A stretch of 64,000 nt of DNA from Macrostomum hystrix (Eukaryota; Animalia; Platyhelminthes). The position numbers were made by a program, and so were the translations under genes. The stretch is from positions 2,914,001 to 2,978,000 of the forward strand of contig CATNEN010000030.1 in NCBI GenBank assembly GCA_950097015.1, written 5' to 3'. Positions 49,566-61,795 of the stretch are shown piece by piece. Below the pieces are notes generated by a model that searched no databases, was not told the DNA's origin, and saw nothing but the letters and a program-made list of their open reading frames with translations. Each line of letters begins with the position of its first letter. Within the stretch, counting starts at the first letter, position 1.

Positions 49566-50609
49566 TTCTGTTTCCCTGTCAGGGGAAACACCCCTCAGTG
49601 TTTACCTAATTCTCTCTATTCTATTAAATAATTACTCGGACTAAAAATGTGTGAACAGATATTTCAAGATTGTAAAATAAAAGCACAATTAGAGGACTTC
49701 AAAATTTAGTTTTTAACATTAAAGACCATGCATAACTAGATCACTAGATCAGATAAAATCAGATTATTTGTTTTACCAAAGTGGACAGTTACAAATTCCT
49801 GACAGAACAAGTAAAAATAAAAGAATAAATAAAGACCTTTTTTGAGTTACAAAAGGCCAAGTAAGATAAGAACTTCGAAAACACAATGTATCCACAAACT
49901 ATTGTCTAGCTATTTACTTTTTTGCTCACTTACGACTGTTACTGTGAGTCATTATTCATATTACCAAAGCAGTTGTTACCAAAGTGGATTTTCTTGGTAA
50001 GGAATCAGGTCTATACGATTTATAAATTATGCAGTCTACTTCATAATAATGACTACAGTGATAACTATCTATAACAATCTATAACTTATCAATCATAAAC
50101 TATTTAGACAATTTAACTAATTGGTTTAACCAATTTTAAGCAATAGGCTATGTATAATATGTTGGCAAACCACCTGACTATGAATCCTTTGTTTAACTTC
50201 TGGGACACCAGCAATCTGGAGGCCAATGCAAGGCCCATCAAAGGAATTTGAGTCTATTGCTATGTCAAGTCCCATGCAACATATGGGATGAGTTATAGAC
50301 TTTCAAAACGTACATATTTTTAATCAGTATTTATTCAAGATTTAAATGATACACACACATAATTTTGCAGTAGCCTAAAGGTGGACAGCCAGCAAATCAT
50401 TGCCATGCTATCTGAAATCAGTGACACTAGTTAATGTAGGGTGATGTCTGTGTTTTATTTGGGATGAAAGATTCTAATTGTTTTGTAGCTGTCTCTCAAA
50501 TTTAGGGTCCTGGGTTCGAACTAAAACATTAGAAAATTAGGTTGGACATGAATTTATTTGACTGCGAATAATTGTACTTGTCCATACACAATGCTGCAGC
50601 AACCCAACC

Positions 50610-53600
50610 ATGTGCACACTGAAGCCACGTCAAGTTGACTTTGACTCGGCCTGGCGCCAGCTAGTTGGCACCGTTAACCGAGTGCTGCAATGCCAGGACG
50701 TTGCCAAGGAGACCTGGACAGACACATTCTCTACCATATACAGCCTGTGTGTGGCCTCTCCCGAGCCCTACTGCGGCAGCCTGTACTCGCATGTGAACAG
50801 CTTCCTGCAGCAGCACTGCCAGACTGTGTTAAACTGCCTAGAACAGGTGCCAGACGATCAGCTGTTGGCCGAGTATCATCGCAGTTGGCGCACCTACAAT
50901 GACGGCTCGCGCTACCTGCACCAGCTGTTTCGCTATCTGAATGTGCACCACGTGCAGAAGAAGCAGCCAAGCGATGCCGACCTGTGCTACGGCGGCATGA
51001 CGCGCAGCGCCGATGCGCACACCCTGGAGGTGTTCGAACTGGCAATGGACATCTGGTACCGGATGCTGCAGCAACTGGCGCCCCGCCTCTGCCCATTGGT
51101 GCTAGCCCAGATTGAGCTGAATCGGCGCGGCCTAGTCATTGACTCTGGCCGCTTGAGCAGCATTGTCCAGTCCTTTGTTGACGTAGTGCACTGGGACCGG
51201 AAGCGCTGTCTTACATTCTATACTCAACAGATTGAGCAGCCGCTGTTGATCCAGACGGCTGATTTCTACGCATCCGAAGGCGCCGCCCTATTTGCCAACC
51301 ATCCGGTCCATCAATACATCAAGCTGGTGCTGCAGCTACTGCGCGAGGATGGAGACAGAATGCAAACACTGCTGCACCAAACCTCATTGCAGAAGGTGCG
51401 AGTGGAAGCGGAGAAAAAGTGAGTCCTGACTATTATGAACCTGAGTATCACTAGCTCAAGAGTAAAGCGAGATTATTGAAATGAACTATTAAGTTATCAC
51501 TGGCTAAAGAACAAAATATTATCATTGACTTTGAGTATCACTGACCCAAGACTAGCGGGGAGGTCATTGATATGAGTATCACTGACCCAAGACTAGCGGG
51601 GAGGTCATTGATATGAGTATCACTGACCCAAGACTAGCGGGGAGGTCATTGATATGAGTATCACTGACCCAAGACTAGCGGGGAGGTCATTGAAATGAGT
51701 ATCACTGACCCAAGACTAGCGGGAGGTCATTGATCTGGGTATCACTGACCCAAAAGTATAGGCGGATCGTTGACCTGAGCAAACCTGTCACTCTGCCCTC
51801 CGTCAGGCTCGTCGAGAACTTCCTCGGCCAGCTAAACCAGGCGGCTCGCGGCTTCGTTGAGCATGAAGAATCCGAGAACCTGGCCAACCTGTACCAGCTG
51901 ATCCGGTCGCTGCCAGACGGCCAGACTGAGCTGCGTCGCCTGTTCGAGTCGCACATCTGCTCAACCGGCGAGCAGGCTCTGGCCTCCGTTGGCGCCTCTG
52001 AGCCGGCTGCAGCGGCCCAAGAATTCGTTGACGGCCTGCGTCGGCTGCACGAGAAATTCAAAGTCTGGGTGCGAGGCACTTTTAGCGAGGACGAGCAGTT
52101 TGACCGATCGCTGAACCTGGCTCTGTCGCGTGTTGTTAACCAGCTTGACGCTTCGGGTAAATATTTTCCTCCAGACACTTAAGGGCACGTTAAGGAGTAA
52201 CAATAATTTTTCTTTTTCTTGGATGAGATAATATACATTGGTGATACAATAAAACCCTCCCTCGTTTTAGGACACTTATTTCATGGGCGAGATTTAGGGG
52301 TTGCTGTCTCATGGGCGAGATTTAGAGGTTGCTGTCTTAAGATTGAGATTTAGGGGTTGCTGTCTCATGGGCGAGATTTAGGGGTTGCTGTCTCATGGGC
52401 GAGATTTAGGGGTTGCTGTCTTAAGGGTGAGATTTAGGGTTTGCTGTCTTAAGGGTAAGATTTAGGGGTTGCTGTCTCAAGGGTGAGATTTAGGGTTTGC
52501 TGTCTTAAGGGTGAGATTTAGGGTTTCCTGTCTTAAGGGTGAGATTTAGGGGTTGCTGTCTCATGGGCGAGATTTAGGGGTTGCTGTCTCATGGGCGAGA
52601 TTTAGGGGTTGCTGTCTCATGGGCGAGATTTAGGGGTTGCTGTCTCATGGGCGAGATTTAGGGGTTGCTGTCTCATGGGCGAGATTTAGGGGTTGCTGTC
52701 TTAAGGGTGAGATTTAGGGTTTGCTGTCTTAAGGGTAAGATTTAGGGGTTGCTGTCTCATGGGTGAGATTTAGGGGCTGCTGTCTCATGGGCGAGATTTA
52801 GGGGCTGCTGTCTCACGGGCGAGATTTAGGGGTTGCTGTCTAGTTTAAAAAATAAAAAACACGTGGATGGCGGTGTGCTAGGGTGGGGTGTGAGATGGCG
52901 TGTTTTTTTAATTGTGATAATAGGTTTTTTGAGGAGGTATTTTTTAGGATGCTAATTTATAAAGGCCTTAGATTTGGAGCAGTAATTATATATACTACTG
53001 AGATTTAAGGACTGTCCTCTCATGGGTAAGATTTAAGGACTGTCCTCTCATGGGTAAGATTTAAGGACTTTAATCTCATGGGTGAGATTTAAGTACTGTC
53101 CTCTCATGGGTGAGATTTAAGGACTGTCCTCTCATGGGTAAGATTTAAGGACTGTCCTCTCATGGGTGAGATTTAAGGACTGTCCTCTCATGGGTGAGAT
53201 TTAAGGACTGTCCTCTCATGGGTGAGATTTAAGGACTGTCCTCTCATGGGTGAGATTTAAGGACTGTCCTCTCATGGGTAAGATTTAAGGACTTTAATCT
53301 CATGGGTAAGATTTAAGGACTGTACTCTTGTGGGTGAGATTTCGCACTGTTATCTTATAGGTAAAATTGGAGGGCTGTAATGAGGCACGAGATTAGCAAG
53401 GCAAAGCAATTTCAAACCCATCCAATAAAACATGGCATCGCAGGCAAGAAGCAGTGCAAATCGCCCGAGCTGCTGGCCCGCTACGTTGACGCCATGCTGC
53501 GCAAGTCTTCGAAAACGGTTAGCGAAAGCGAGCTCGACGAGAAGCTCAGCCAGTGCATCGGCATCTTCAAATACGTTGAAGACAAAGACATATTCCAGCG

Positions 53601-56598
53601 GCATTACCAGCGCATGCTGTCTAAGCGCCTGATCCTGGGCATCTCTCACTCGCCAGAGGCTGAGGAGGGCATGATCGCTAAACTCAAGTCCGCCTGCGGC
53701 TACGAGTTCACGTCGAAATTTCAGCGCATGTTTCACGACGTCCGGCTGTCCGAGTCTCAGTCGGATGACTTCGCCAAGACTAACAGCCGCTCTGAGCTGG
53801 GCATCTCGCTGCACGTTTTCGTGCTCACCCAGGGCGCCTGGCCGCTGCAGGCCTCCTCTGTGCCGTTCCCAAGGCTGCCAGGCCCGCTGGAACGCGGAGT
53901 TACTTTGTTTCAGCAGTACTACACTAACAAGTTCCAGGTGATTTGGGATAATTTGTATGACCTGTGATAAATTATGTACCTTTGGGTAAAATATTTAACT
54001 TTGGATGAATTATGAAATTTCGGTAAAATATGTTATTTCAGTAAATTATGTAATTTCAGTAAATTATGTAATTTCAGTGAATATGTAATTTCAGTAAATT
54101 ATGTAATATTACTTTGGGTTAAGTATATTAAGTATATATATTATTATAATATAATGTTATTTTTGTGTTAAGTTTGTAAATTGCGGATGAAATGTTTAAT
54201 TTTGCTACACTTTATAGAATTTGGGACAAATAATGTCTTTTGGGAAAATTGTCCAAATTTAGATATAATTAATTGTTTGTAAGAAATATTGTAGCTAATG
54301 AAATTTCATGCAGTTTAAAATATGATATAAGGTTGGGATAAGTTTGCCATTGTGTAATAAAATTGCAGCTTAAACTAAGCATTCCTCCTCATATTGCAGG
54401 GCCGCCGACTAACCTGGCTGCACCTGCATGGCACAGCCGAGATGAAGCTGAAATTTAATCGCACCTACAATGCCACAGTCGGCGCCGCTCAGGCCATCTT
54501 GCTGTTGCAGTTCAACGACCTGCCGGCTGACCGTGCGCTGTCGTTGGCCGATCTGGCCAACGCTGTCGGCATCGGCGAGGCCGACCTTCAGCGCTGCCTC
54601 GGCCCCCTAGTCGACTGCGGCCTTTTGCTAGCCGAGAACAATGGCCAGCAGCTGCGAATCAACCACGAGTTTCACAGCAAACGGCCCCGCCTTAGGGTGC
54701 TGCCAACGCCAGCGAAGGAGGCCGAGAAGGAGCAAGAGCGAGTGGCTTCGCAGATTATGGAGGATAGGAAATTCTACCTGCAGGCGGCCATTGTGCGCAT
54801 CATGAAGGAAAGAAAGCGGCTTAACTTTAACAGCCTCACTCAGCTGGTAGGTTGCTCAATCATTTCTGATACGAGGCTATTACAGTCATCAATATGGGAT
54901 CACTACAATCCTTAATGTTGGATCACTAAAATCCTCAATATGGGATCACTACAATCCTCAATATGGGATCACTACAATCCTCAATATGGGATCACTACAA
55001 TCCTCAATATGGGATCACTACAATCCTCAATATGGGATCACTACAATCCTCAATATGGGATCACTACAATCCTCAATATGGGATCACTACAATCCTCAAT
55101 ATGGGATCACTACAATCCTCAATATGGGATCACTACAATCCTCAATATGGGATCACTACAATACTCAATATGGGATCACTACAATCCTCAATATGGGATC
55201 ACTACAATCCTCAATATGGGATCACTACAATCCTCAATATGGGATCACTACAATCCTCAATATGGGATCACTACAATCCTCAATATGGGATCACTACAAT
55301 CCTCAATATGGGATCACTACAATCCTCAATATGGGATCACTACAATCCTCAATGTGGGATCACTACAATACTCAATATGGGATCACTACAATACTCAATA
55401 TGGGATCACTACAATCCTCAATATGGGATCACTACAATCCTCAATATGGGATCACTAGAATACTCAATATGGGATCACTACAATCCTCAATATGGGATCA
55501 CTACAATACTCAATATGGGATCACTACAATACTCAATGTGGGATCACTACAATACTCAATATGGGATCACTACAATACTCAATGTGGGATCACTACAATC
55601 CTCAATATGGGATCACTACAATCCTCAATATGGGATCACTACAATCCTCAATATGGGATCACTACAATCCTCAATATGGGATCACTACAATCCTCAATAT
55701 GGGATCACTACAATCCTCAATATGGGATCACTACAATCCTCAATATGGGATCACTACAATCCTCAATATGGGATCACTACAATCCTCAATATGGGATCAC
55801 TACAATCCTCAATATGGGATCACTACAATCCTCAATATGGGATCACTACAATACTCAATATGGGATCACTACAATCCTCAATATGGGATCACTACAATCC
55901 TCAATATGGGATCACTACAATACTCAATATGGGATCACTACAATCCTCAGTATGGGATCACTACAATACTCAATATGGGATCACTACAATCCTCAATATG
56001 GGATCACTACAATCCTCAATATGGGATCACTAGAATACTCAATATGGGATCACTACAATACTCAATGTGGGATCACTACAATATTCAATGTGGGATCACT
56101 ACAATCCTCAATATGGGATCACTACAATCCTCAATATGGGATCACTACAATCCTCAATGTGGGATTACTATAATCCTCAATGTGGGATTACTACATCGGA
56201 TTAGTACTATCATCAATATTGGATTATTACGATCTTAAATGAAGGATTATAAAAGTCCCCTAGGTTCGAATTGTAAAAATATTGAATAAGAGACAAATAC
56301 AATACTCAATGGGGGATTATTAGAATCGTCAGTTTGGGATAATCACAATCCTAGAAATTTGGATTATCACAACCTTTGCGTTGGGATATTTGCAATCCTG
56401 AAAATAAGATTTCTAAAGCTTTAAATAATGTGATTACTGAGTCAGCCTTCGATCCCTCATCCGCAGGTGCTGGAGCAGACAACGCCCAGATTCAGACCAG
56501 AAGTGAAGATGATCAAGACTTGCATAGAGAGCCTCATAGAAAAGGAATATTTGACCAGATCGCAGGTCAAACTGGACGAGATCAGCTACAATGGCTGA
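50610..56598 (+). CDS. cul-2: Cullin-2 (CRL2 E3 ligase scaffold); exons 50610-51418, 51807-52156, 53444-53937, 54400-54846, 56467-56598; 743 aa
   Basis: N-terminus LKPRQVDFDSAW...SPEP matches CUL2 (LKPRVVDFDETW...YPEP); cullin homology domain KSPELLARYVD, DKDIFQRHYQRMLSKRLI, CGYEFTSKFQRMF; neddylation motif QAAIVRIMKERK. GT-AG introns with consistent phases; 2232 nt total. Confidence 0.95.
51535..51755. repeat. 41-bp repeat (GTATCACTGACCCAAGACTAGCGGGGAGGTCATTGATATGA), about 5 copies, cul-2 intron 1
   Basis: Direct reading. Confidence 0.9.
52283..52842. repeat. 28-bp minisatellite (CATGGGCGAGATTTAGGGGTTGCTGTCT), cul-2 intron 2
   Basis: Direct reading. Confidence 0.92.
53000..53340. repeat. 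28-bp minisatellite (GAGATTTAAGGACTGTCCTCTCATGGGT), cul-2 intron 2
   Basis: Direct reading. Confidence 0.9.
54893..56190. repeat. 23-bp minisatellite (TGGGATCACTACAATCCTCAATA), about 56 copies, cul-2 intron 4
   Basis: Direct reading. Confidence 0.95.
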
Positions 56599-57254
56599 CA
56601 GCCCGGCCTAGCAACAGTTGGTTTAATAGTGCAGAGATCTGTTATACCAACTTGCTTCAATCTGCCACCTGGCCTCATCTTCATTGATTACGCTTTGTAC
56701 ATTGTATGAGAGATGTTGAGTATATTTCATACGCAAATGCTATGCTTATGCTTAAGGTAGATTCACTCTGTCAAGTCTTTGTTAGGGTACTAGCTGTAGT
56801 CGTATATTAAAATCAAACGAGTTTTATCATAAGAAATCATTAAAGATTAATTTATTTTCTACTATGAGTAGTACTTTTAGGATTAGTATCATTGGCCAGA
56901 ATTTAGGAGTCACCGTTGATTTTCCATCAACTATAGGCCGGCTAGATAATGTTTCTAAATTTTAAATGAATTATGCCAGGCATTGCTTATAACAAATGGC
57001 ACTAATGTTGCTAACGAGAGCATTAAACTGTATTCACCTTTTTATGTCACTATTATTATTATCCATGCAAAATAGAATTGACTACGAACAGCCATTTAAA
57101 GAATAATATCTATGCCCCGAGTTTTTCCATTTCCATTTGTTTACTACCGTTTGTTACTTCTAGCTTAGTTCTGTGAGTAGTACGTAAGCGAAAACTTAGG
57201 AACTCATGCATGCTACCAGTTCGGTATTTTGTTTGCTTTTTTGGCGTTTTTATG

Positions 57255-59005
57255 CTCTGTCTGCCTCTTCCGGGTGTGTCTCTTCCGGGTGTGTCTCTTC
57301 CGGGTGCGTCTCTTCCGGGTGTGTCTCTTCCGGGTGAGTCTCTTCCGGGTGAGTCTCTTCCGGGTGTGTCTCTTCCGGGTGAGTCTCTTCCGGGTGAGTC
57401 TCTTCCGGGTGTGTCTCTTGCAGGTGTGTCTCTTCCGGGTGAGTCTCTTCCGGGTGAGTCTCTTCCGGGTGTGTCTCTTTCAGGTGTGTCTCTTCCATGT
57501 GTGTCTTCTCCAGGTGTGACTCTTGCAGGTGTGTCTCTTCCGGGAATGTGTCACTTCCAGGTGTCTCTCTCTTTTCCGTGTGTGTCTCTTCCGGGTGTCT
57601 GTCACTTCCAGGTGTCGCTCTCTTTTCCGTGTGTGTCTCTTCCGGGTGTGTCTCTTCCGGGTGAGTCTCTTCCGGGTGAGTCTCTTCCGGGTGAGTCTCT
57701 TCCGGGTGTGTCTCTTCCGGGTGAGTCTCTTCCGGGTGTGTATCTTCCAGGTGTGTCTCTTTCAAGTGTGTCTCTTCTAGTTGTGTCTCATCCGGGTATC
57801 TGTCACTTCCAGGTGTCGCTCTCTTTTCCGTTTGTCTCTTCCAGGTGTGTCTCTTCCGGGTGTGTCTCTTCCAGGTGTGTCTCTTCCGGGTGAGTCTCTT
57901 CCGGGTGTGTCTCTTCCGGGTGAGTCTCTTCCGGGTGAGTCTCTTCCGGGTGTGTCTCTTGCAGGTGTGTCTCTTCCGGGTGAGTCTCTTCCGGGTGAGT
58001 CTCTTCCGGGTGTGTCTCTTTCAGGTGTGTCTCTTCCATGTGTGTCTTCTCCAGGTGTGACTCTTGCAGGTGTGTCTCTTCCGGGAATGTGTCACTTCCA
58101 GGTGTCTCTCTCTTTTCCGTGTGTGTCTCTTCCGGGTGTCTGTCACTTCCAGGTGTCGCTCTCTTTTCCGTGTATGTCTCTTCCGGGTGTGTCTCTTCCG
58201 GGTGAGTCTCTTCCGGGTGAGTCTCTTCCGGGTGAGTCTCTTCCGGGTGTGTCTCTTCCGGGTGAGTCTCTTCCGGGTGTGTATCTTCCAGGTGTGTCTC
58301 TTTCAAGTGTGTCTATTCTAGTTGTGTCTCATCCGGGTATCTGTCACTTCCAGGTGTCGCTCTCTTTTCCGTTTGTCTCTTCCAGGTGTGTCTCTTCCGG
58401 GTGTGTCTCTTTAAGGTGTGTCTCTTCCAGGTGTGTCTCTTCCGGATGTGTCTCTTGCAGGTGTGTCTCTTCCAGTTGTGTCTCATCCGGGTATCTGTCA
58501 CTTCCAGGTGTCGCTCTCTTTTCCGTGTGTCTCTTCCGGGTGTGTCTCTTCCAGGTGTGTCTCTTCCATTTGTCTGTCTCTTCCAGGTGTGACTCTTCCA
58601 GGTGTGTCTCTTCCATTTGCCTGTCTCTTCTAGGTGTGACTCTTCCAGGTGTGTCTCTTCCATTTGTCTGTCTCTTCCAGGTGTCTGTATCTTCTATGTG
58701 TGTCTCTTCCAGGTGTGTCACTTCCAGATGTCTCTCTCTTTTCCGTGTGTGTCTCTTCCGGGTGTGTCTCTTCCGGGTGTGTATCTTCCAGGTGTGTCTC
58801 TTCCAGGTGTCTGTCTCTTCCGGGTATATCTCTTCCAGGTGTGACTCTTCCAGGTGTGTCTCTTCCATTTGTCTGTCTCTTCCAGGTGTCTGTATCTTCT
58901 ATGTGTGTCTCTTACAGGTGTGTCTCGTCCATGTGTGTCTCTTCCAGGTGTGTGTCTTCCAGGTGTCTGTCTCTTCCGGTTGTCTGTCTCTTCCAGGTGT
59001 CTGTT
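57255..59005. repeat. 15-bp minisatellite (GTGTCTCTTCCGGGT) with a 541-bp higher-order duplication
   Basis: Direct reading; the ORF track gives identical peptides at 57523..57780 and 58064..58321. Confidence 0.92.
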
Positions 59006-59514
59006 TTTACCGTTTTTACACCTCTTATTTTCAGGCCTGCTACTAATGATTTTGAAAAACTGTTTTACTAGAAGTACAATAATTATCTAAAGTGGCGCAC
59101 AGAGGATTTTCTGAAGATTTTCTCTCCTTTTGCCCTTAAGTATAATGAGCGCACTTCTTACTTTAGCTTTCATTTTGCGTGGCTGCATGCCTTGTTTTCC
59201 GTTGAAAGAGAGGCGTTCAGTTCGACCCACTCAAAACATTTTTCATCCAAGCTTCTCCGGGTGCAAAGTTTAAACTCCGACTGATTCTAGACTTCTTCCT
59301 CATAACAATTTTCTCACCTTCGTGTTCAATTCATTGGAAAGCTTTTGACTTTATTTGCTAGGCTGCCTAGCCTCCCTCTTACCTGGCTCTCCGTCTCTTC
59401 GTCTTCGTCTTCGTCAATATCTGCCCCACAGAATCTTTCTTACTGCTCTGAACACTGACTCCCACTACCACTCCCCCACCCTCTCTCACACCATCCCTAG
59501 CTCTTCCTAACTAT

Positions 59515-60306
59515 GATCCTCACTCTCCCTCCTTCACTCTACTTCCTTCACTCTACCTCCTTCACTCTCCGCCTTCACTCTCCCCCCTTCACTCTCCTTC
59601 ACTCTTCCTCCTTCACTCTTCCTCCTTCACTCTTCCTCCTTCACTCTCCCTCCTTCACTCTCATCCTTCACTCTCCCTCATTCACTCTCATCCTTCACTT
59701 TCCCTCCTTCACTCTCATCCTTCACTCTCCCTCATTCACTCTCCTCCTTTACCCTCCCTCCTTCACTCCCATCCTTCACTCTCCCTCATTCACTCTCCTC
59801 CTTTACTCTCCCTCCTTCACTCTCATCCTTCACTCTCCCTCATTCACTCCTCCTTTACTCTCCCTCCTTCACTCTTCCTCCTTCACTCTTCCTCCTTCAC
59901 TCTCCCTCATTCACTCTTCTCCTTCACTCTCCCTCATTCACTCTCCCTCCTTCACTCTTCCTCCTTCACTCTCCCTCATTCACTCTTCCTCCTTCACTCT
60001 CCCTCATTCACTCTTCTCCTTCACTCTTCCTCATTCACTCTCCCTCCTTCACTCTTCCTCCTTCACTCTCCCTCATTCACTCTTCCTCCTTCACTCTTCC
60101 TCCTTCACTCTCCCTCATTCACTCTTCCTCCTTCACTCTCCCTCATTCACTCTCCCTCCTTCACTCTTCTCCTTCACTCTCCCTCATTCACTCTTCTCCT
60201 TCACTCTTCCTCCTTCACTCTTCCTCCTTCACTCTCCCTCATTCACTCTTCTCCTTCACTCTCCCTCATTCACTCTTCTCCTTCACTCTTCCTCCTTCAC
60301 TCTTCC
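59515..60306. repeat. Pyrimidine-rich low-complexity repeat (CCTTCACTCT-like, about 10-bp units)
   Basis: Direct reading. Confidence 0.9.
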
Positions 60307-61199
60307 CTAAAAATATAATGTTACTCGTGTTTTCTAAGGTGCCAAAACTTGTTTGAATCAATAATCTAGTGCAATGTACACTTTAAAACAAGCTTATTTA
60401 CTAGAGGTGCTCCTGTTGACTCCACTTTTGAGATAAACAAATATTTGATTCAAATTTTTATCAGTGGCACAGTAAAAGACTAGCTATAAATAAGACTCCG
60501 GGGATTAGATATCAGATTTTACAAACAAGCAAGGCTTCCTGCTGTTCTAATCTAACTGCCTAGTGTCTATCAAGCTAGCCGATCGATTCAGGTTCGCTTA
60601 GAAATCTGAGACACCCCCTGAGTAAAGAGCTATAAACCCTTTGCAAAACCTGGTTGAATCTGGTGAGAGTACTGCCCCGCCAAACCGCCCCCCATTTCCG
60701 GACCACCGTAGGCTGACTAGCTGTGACCCCAGATACTCTGGTCAGATATTGGCACGCATTAAATGCGTATTTTAAAATGGAAAGACCACAGGGGCTTTTC
60801 AAATACCCTTCATCTTTTGTATCTCGCAAAATATTCAACCAATCGCCATGCAAATGGGCGAAACTTTTCGCTCCATCCGATCGGATATTCAACTATTCTC
60901 GTCGGGATGTCTGGTGCCAAAAGCCACCGATATAGGCATAATTGTTCCATTGTTCCATTCCATTGTTGCATAATATAGAATCTGTGTTTTAAGCTGCATA
61001 GGCTGCTCAAAATTGCAAATGCTTGACTGAAAAGTGCTTTCAAGTGAGACTATGGAACGACCGAAAGATCATTCAGAAATTGGATCGAAGGAAGGACAAC
61101 GGCATTTTATCGCTGGTCTGGTTCAACTTGGAAAGAAGCCGTGCAAGATCAAGTTGCTCGTCTGCGTGAAGTCATCCTCCAGAAGCGTCGCATCATGCG

Positions 61200-61795
61200 C
61201 ATCATTGTCCCCCTTCATCTTGTGGGACAACGCTCGCCCTCACGTCGCCGCGGCCACCACAAGGAAAGGGGAAGAGCTCGGCTTTCGGCTGCTTAATCAT
61301 CCACCTTATTCACCAGACCTCGCCTTTGTTGATTTCACTTGTTTGGAGTAATGAAGAAGCCCATGCGTGGTCGCGTCTTCACTAGTCGACAGGAAGTCAT
61401 TGCTGCGGCCAACGAATCTCTCCATGCGCTGCCTGCGAGTTTTAGGGGGAGGGAACCGACAAACTGCTGCATCGCTATGAGAAGTGTATCCAGCTCGATG
61501 GCAGCTTTGTGGAGCGTGCTGAAATCGCTGAAGAAATGGACGAAGGCGCTGATTTTTGACACAACAAACACGTTTACCTGTTCACTCTTTTCCACTGACA
61601 AAAATCGTAATTTTTAATCTCGAGGTCTGGACTTCAATGTGAGATATCACTGGTGCATGTAGACCGATAGAGTTGCAACTGAAGCTGTGTGCTGTCCATA
61701 TATGCAAAATTGCAGGGTAAAAAATTTCAAGTTTAAAAGTTTAACTATTAAAAAGTTGTGACTAAATTCTCGTTACTTTTGAAACACCCCTCGTA
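61200..61795 (+). mobile_element. Mariner (DD34D) transposon remnant: frameshifted transposase C-terminus plus probable right TIR ending in TA
   Basis: WDNARPH...HPPYSPDLAFVDF (34-residue D-D spacing), then frameshifted LFGVMKKPMRGRVF and EGTDKLLHRYEKCIQLDGSFVE. The reverse complement of 61772-61795 reads TACGAGGGGTGTTTCAAAAGTAAC, a mariner-type terminus. No left TIR found. Confidence 0.85.

Noticed and set aside
52283-52842. Interstitial telomere (TTAGGG within each unit)
   Set aside because: One hexamer per 28-bp unit, never tandem; the sibling array has lost it.
54940-59090. ORFs GSLQSSIWDHYNPQYG.., SLPGVSLPGE.., EETHP..
   Set aside because: Translations of the 23-bp and 15-bp repeats, open in several frames at once.
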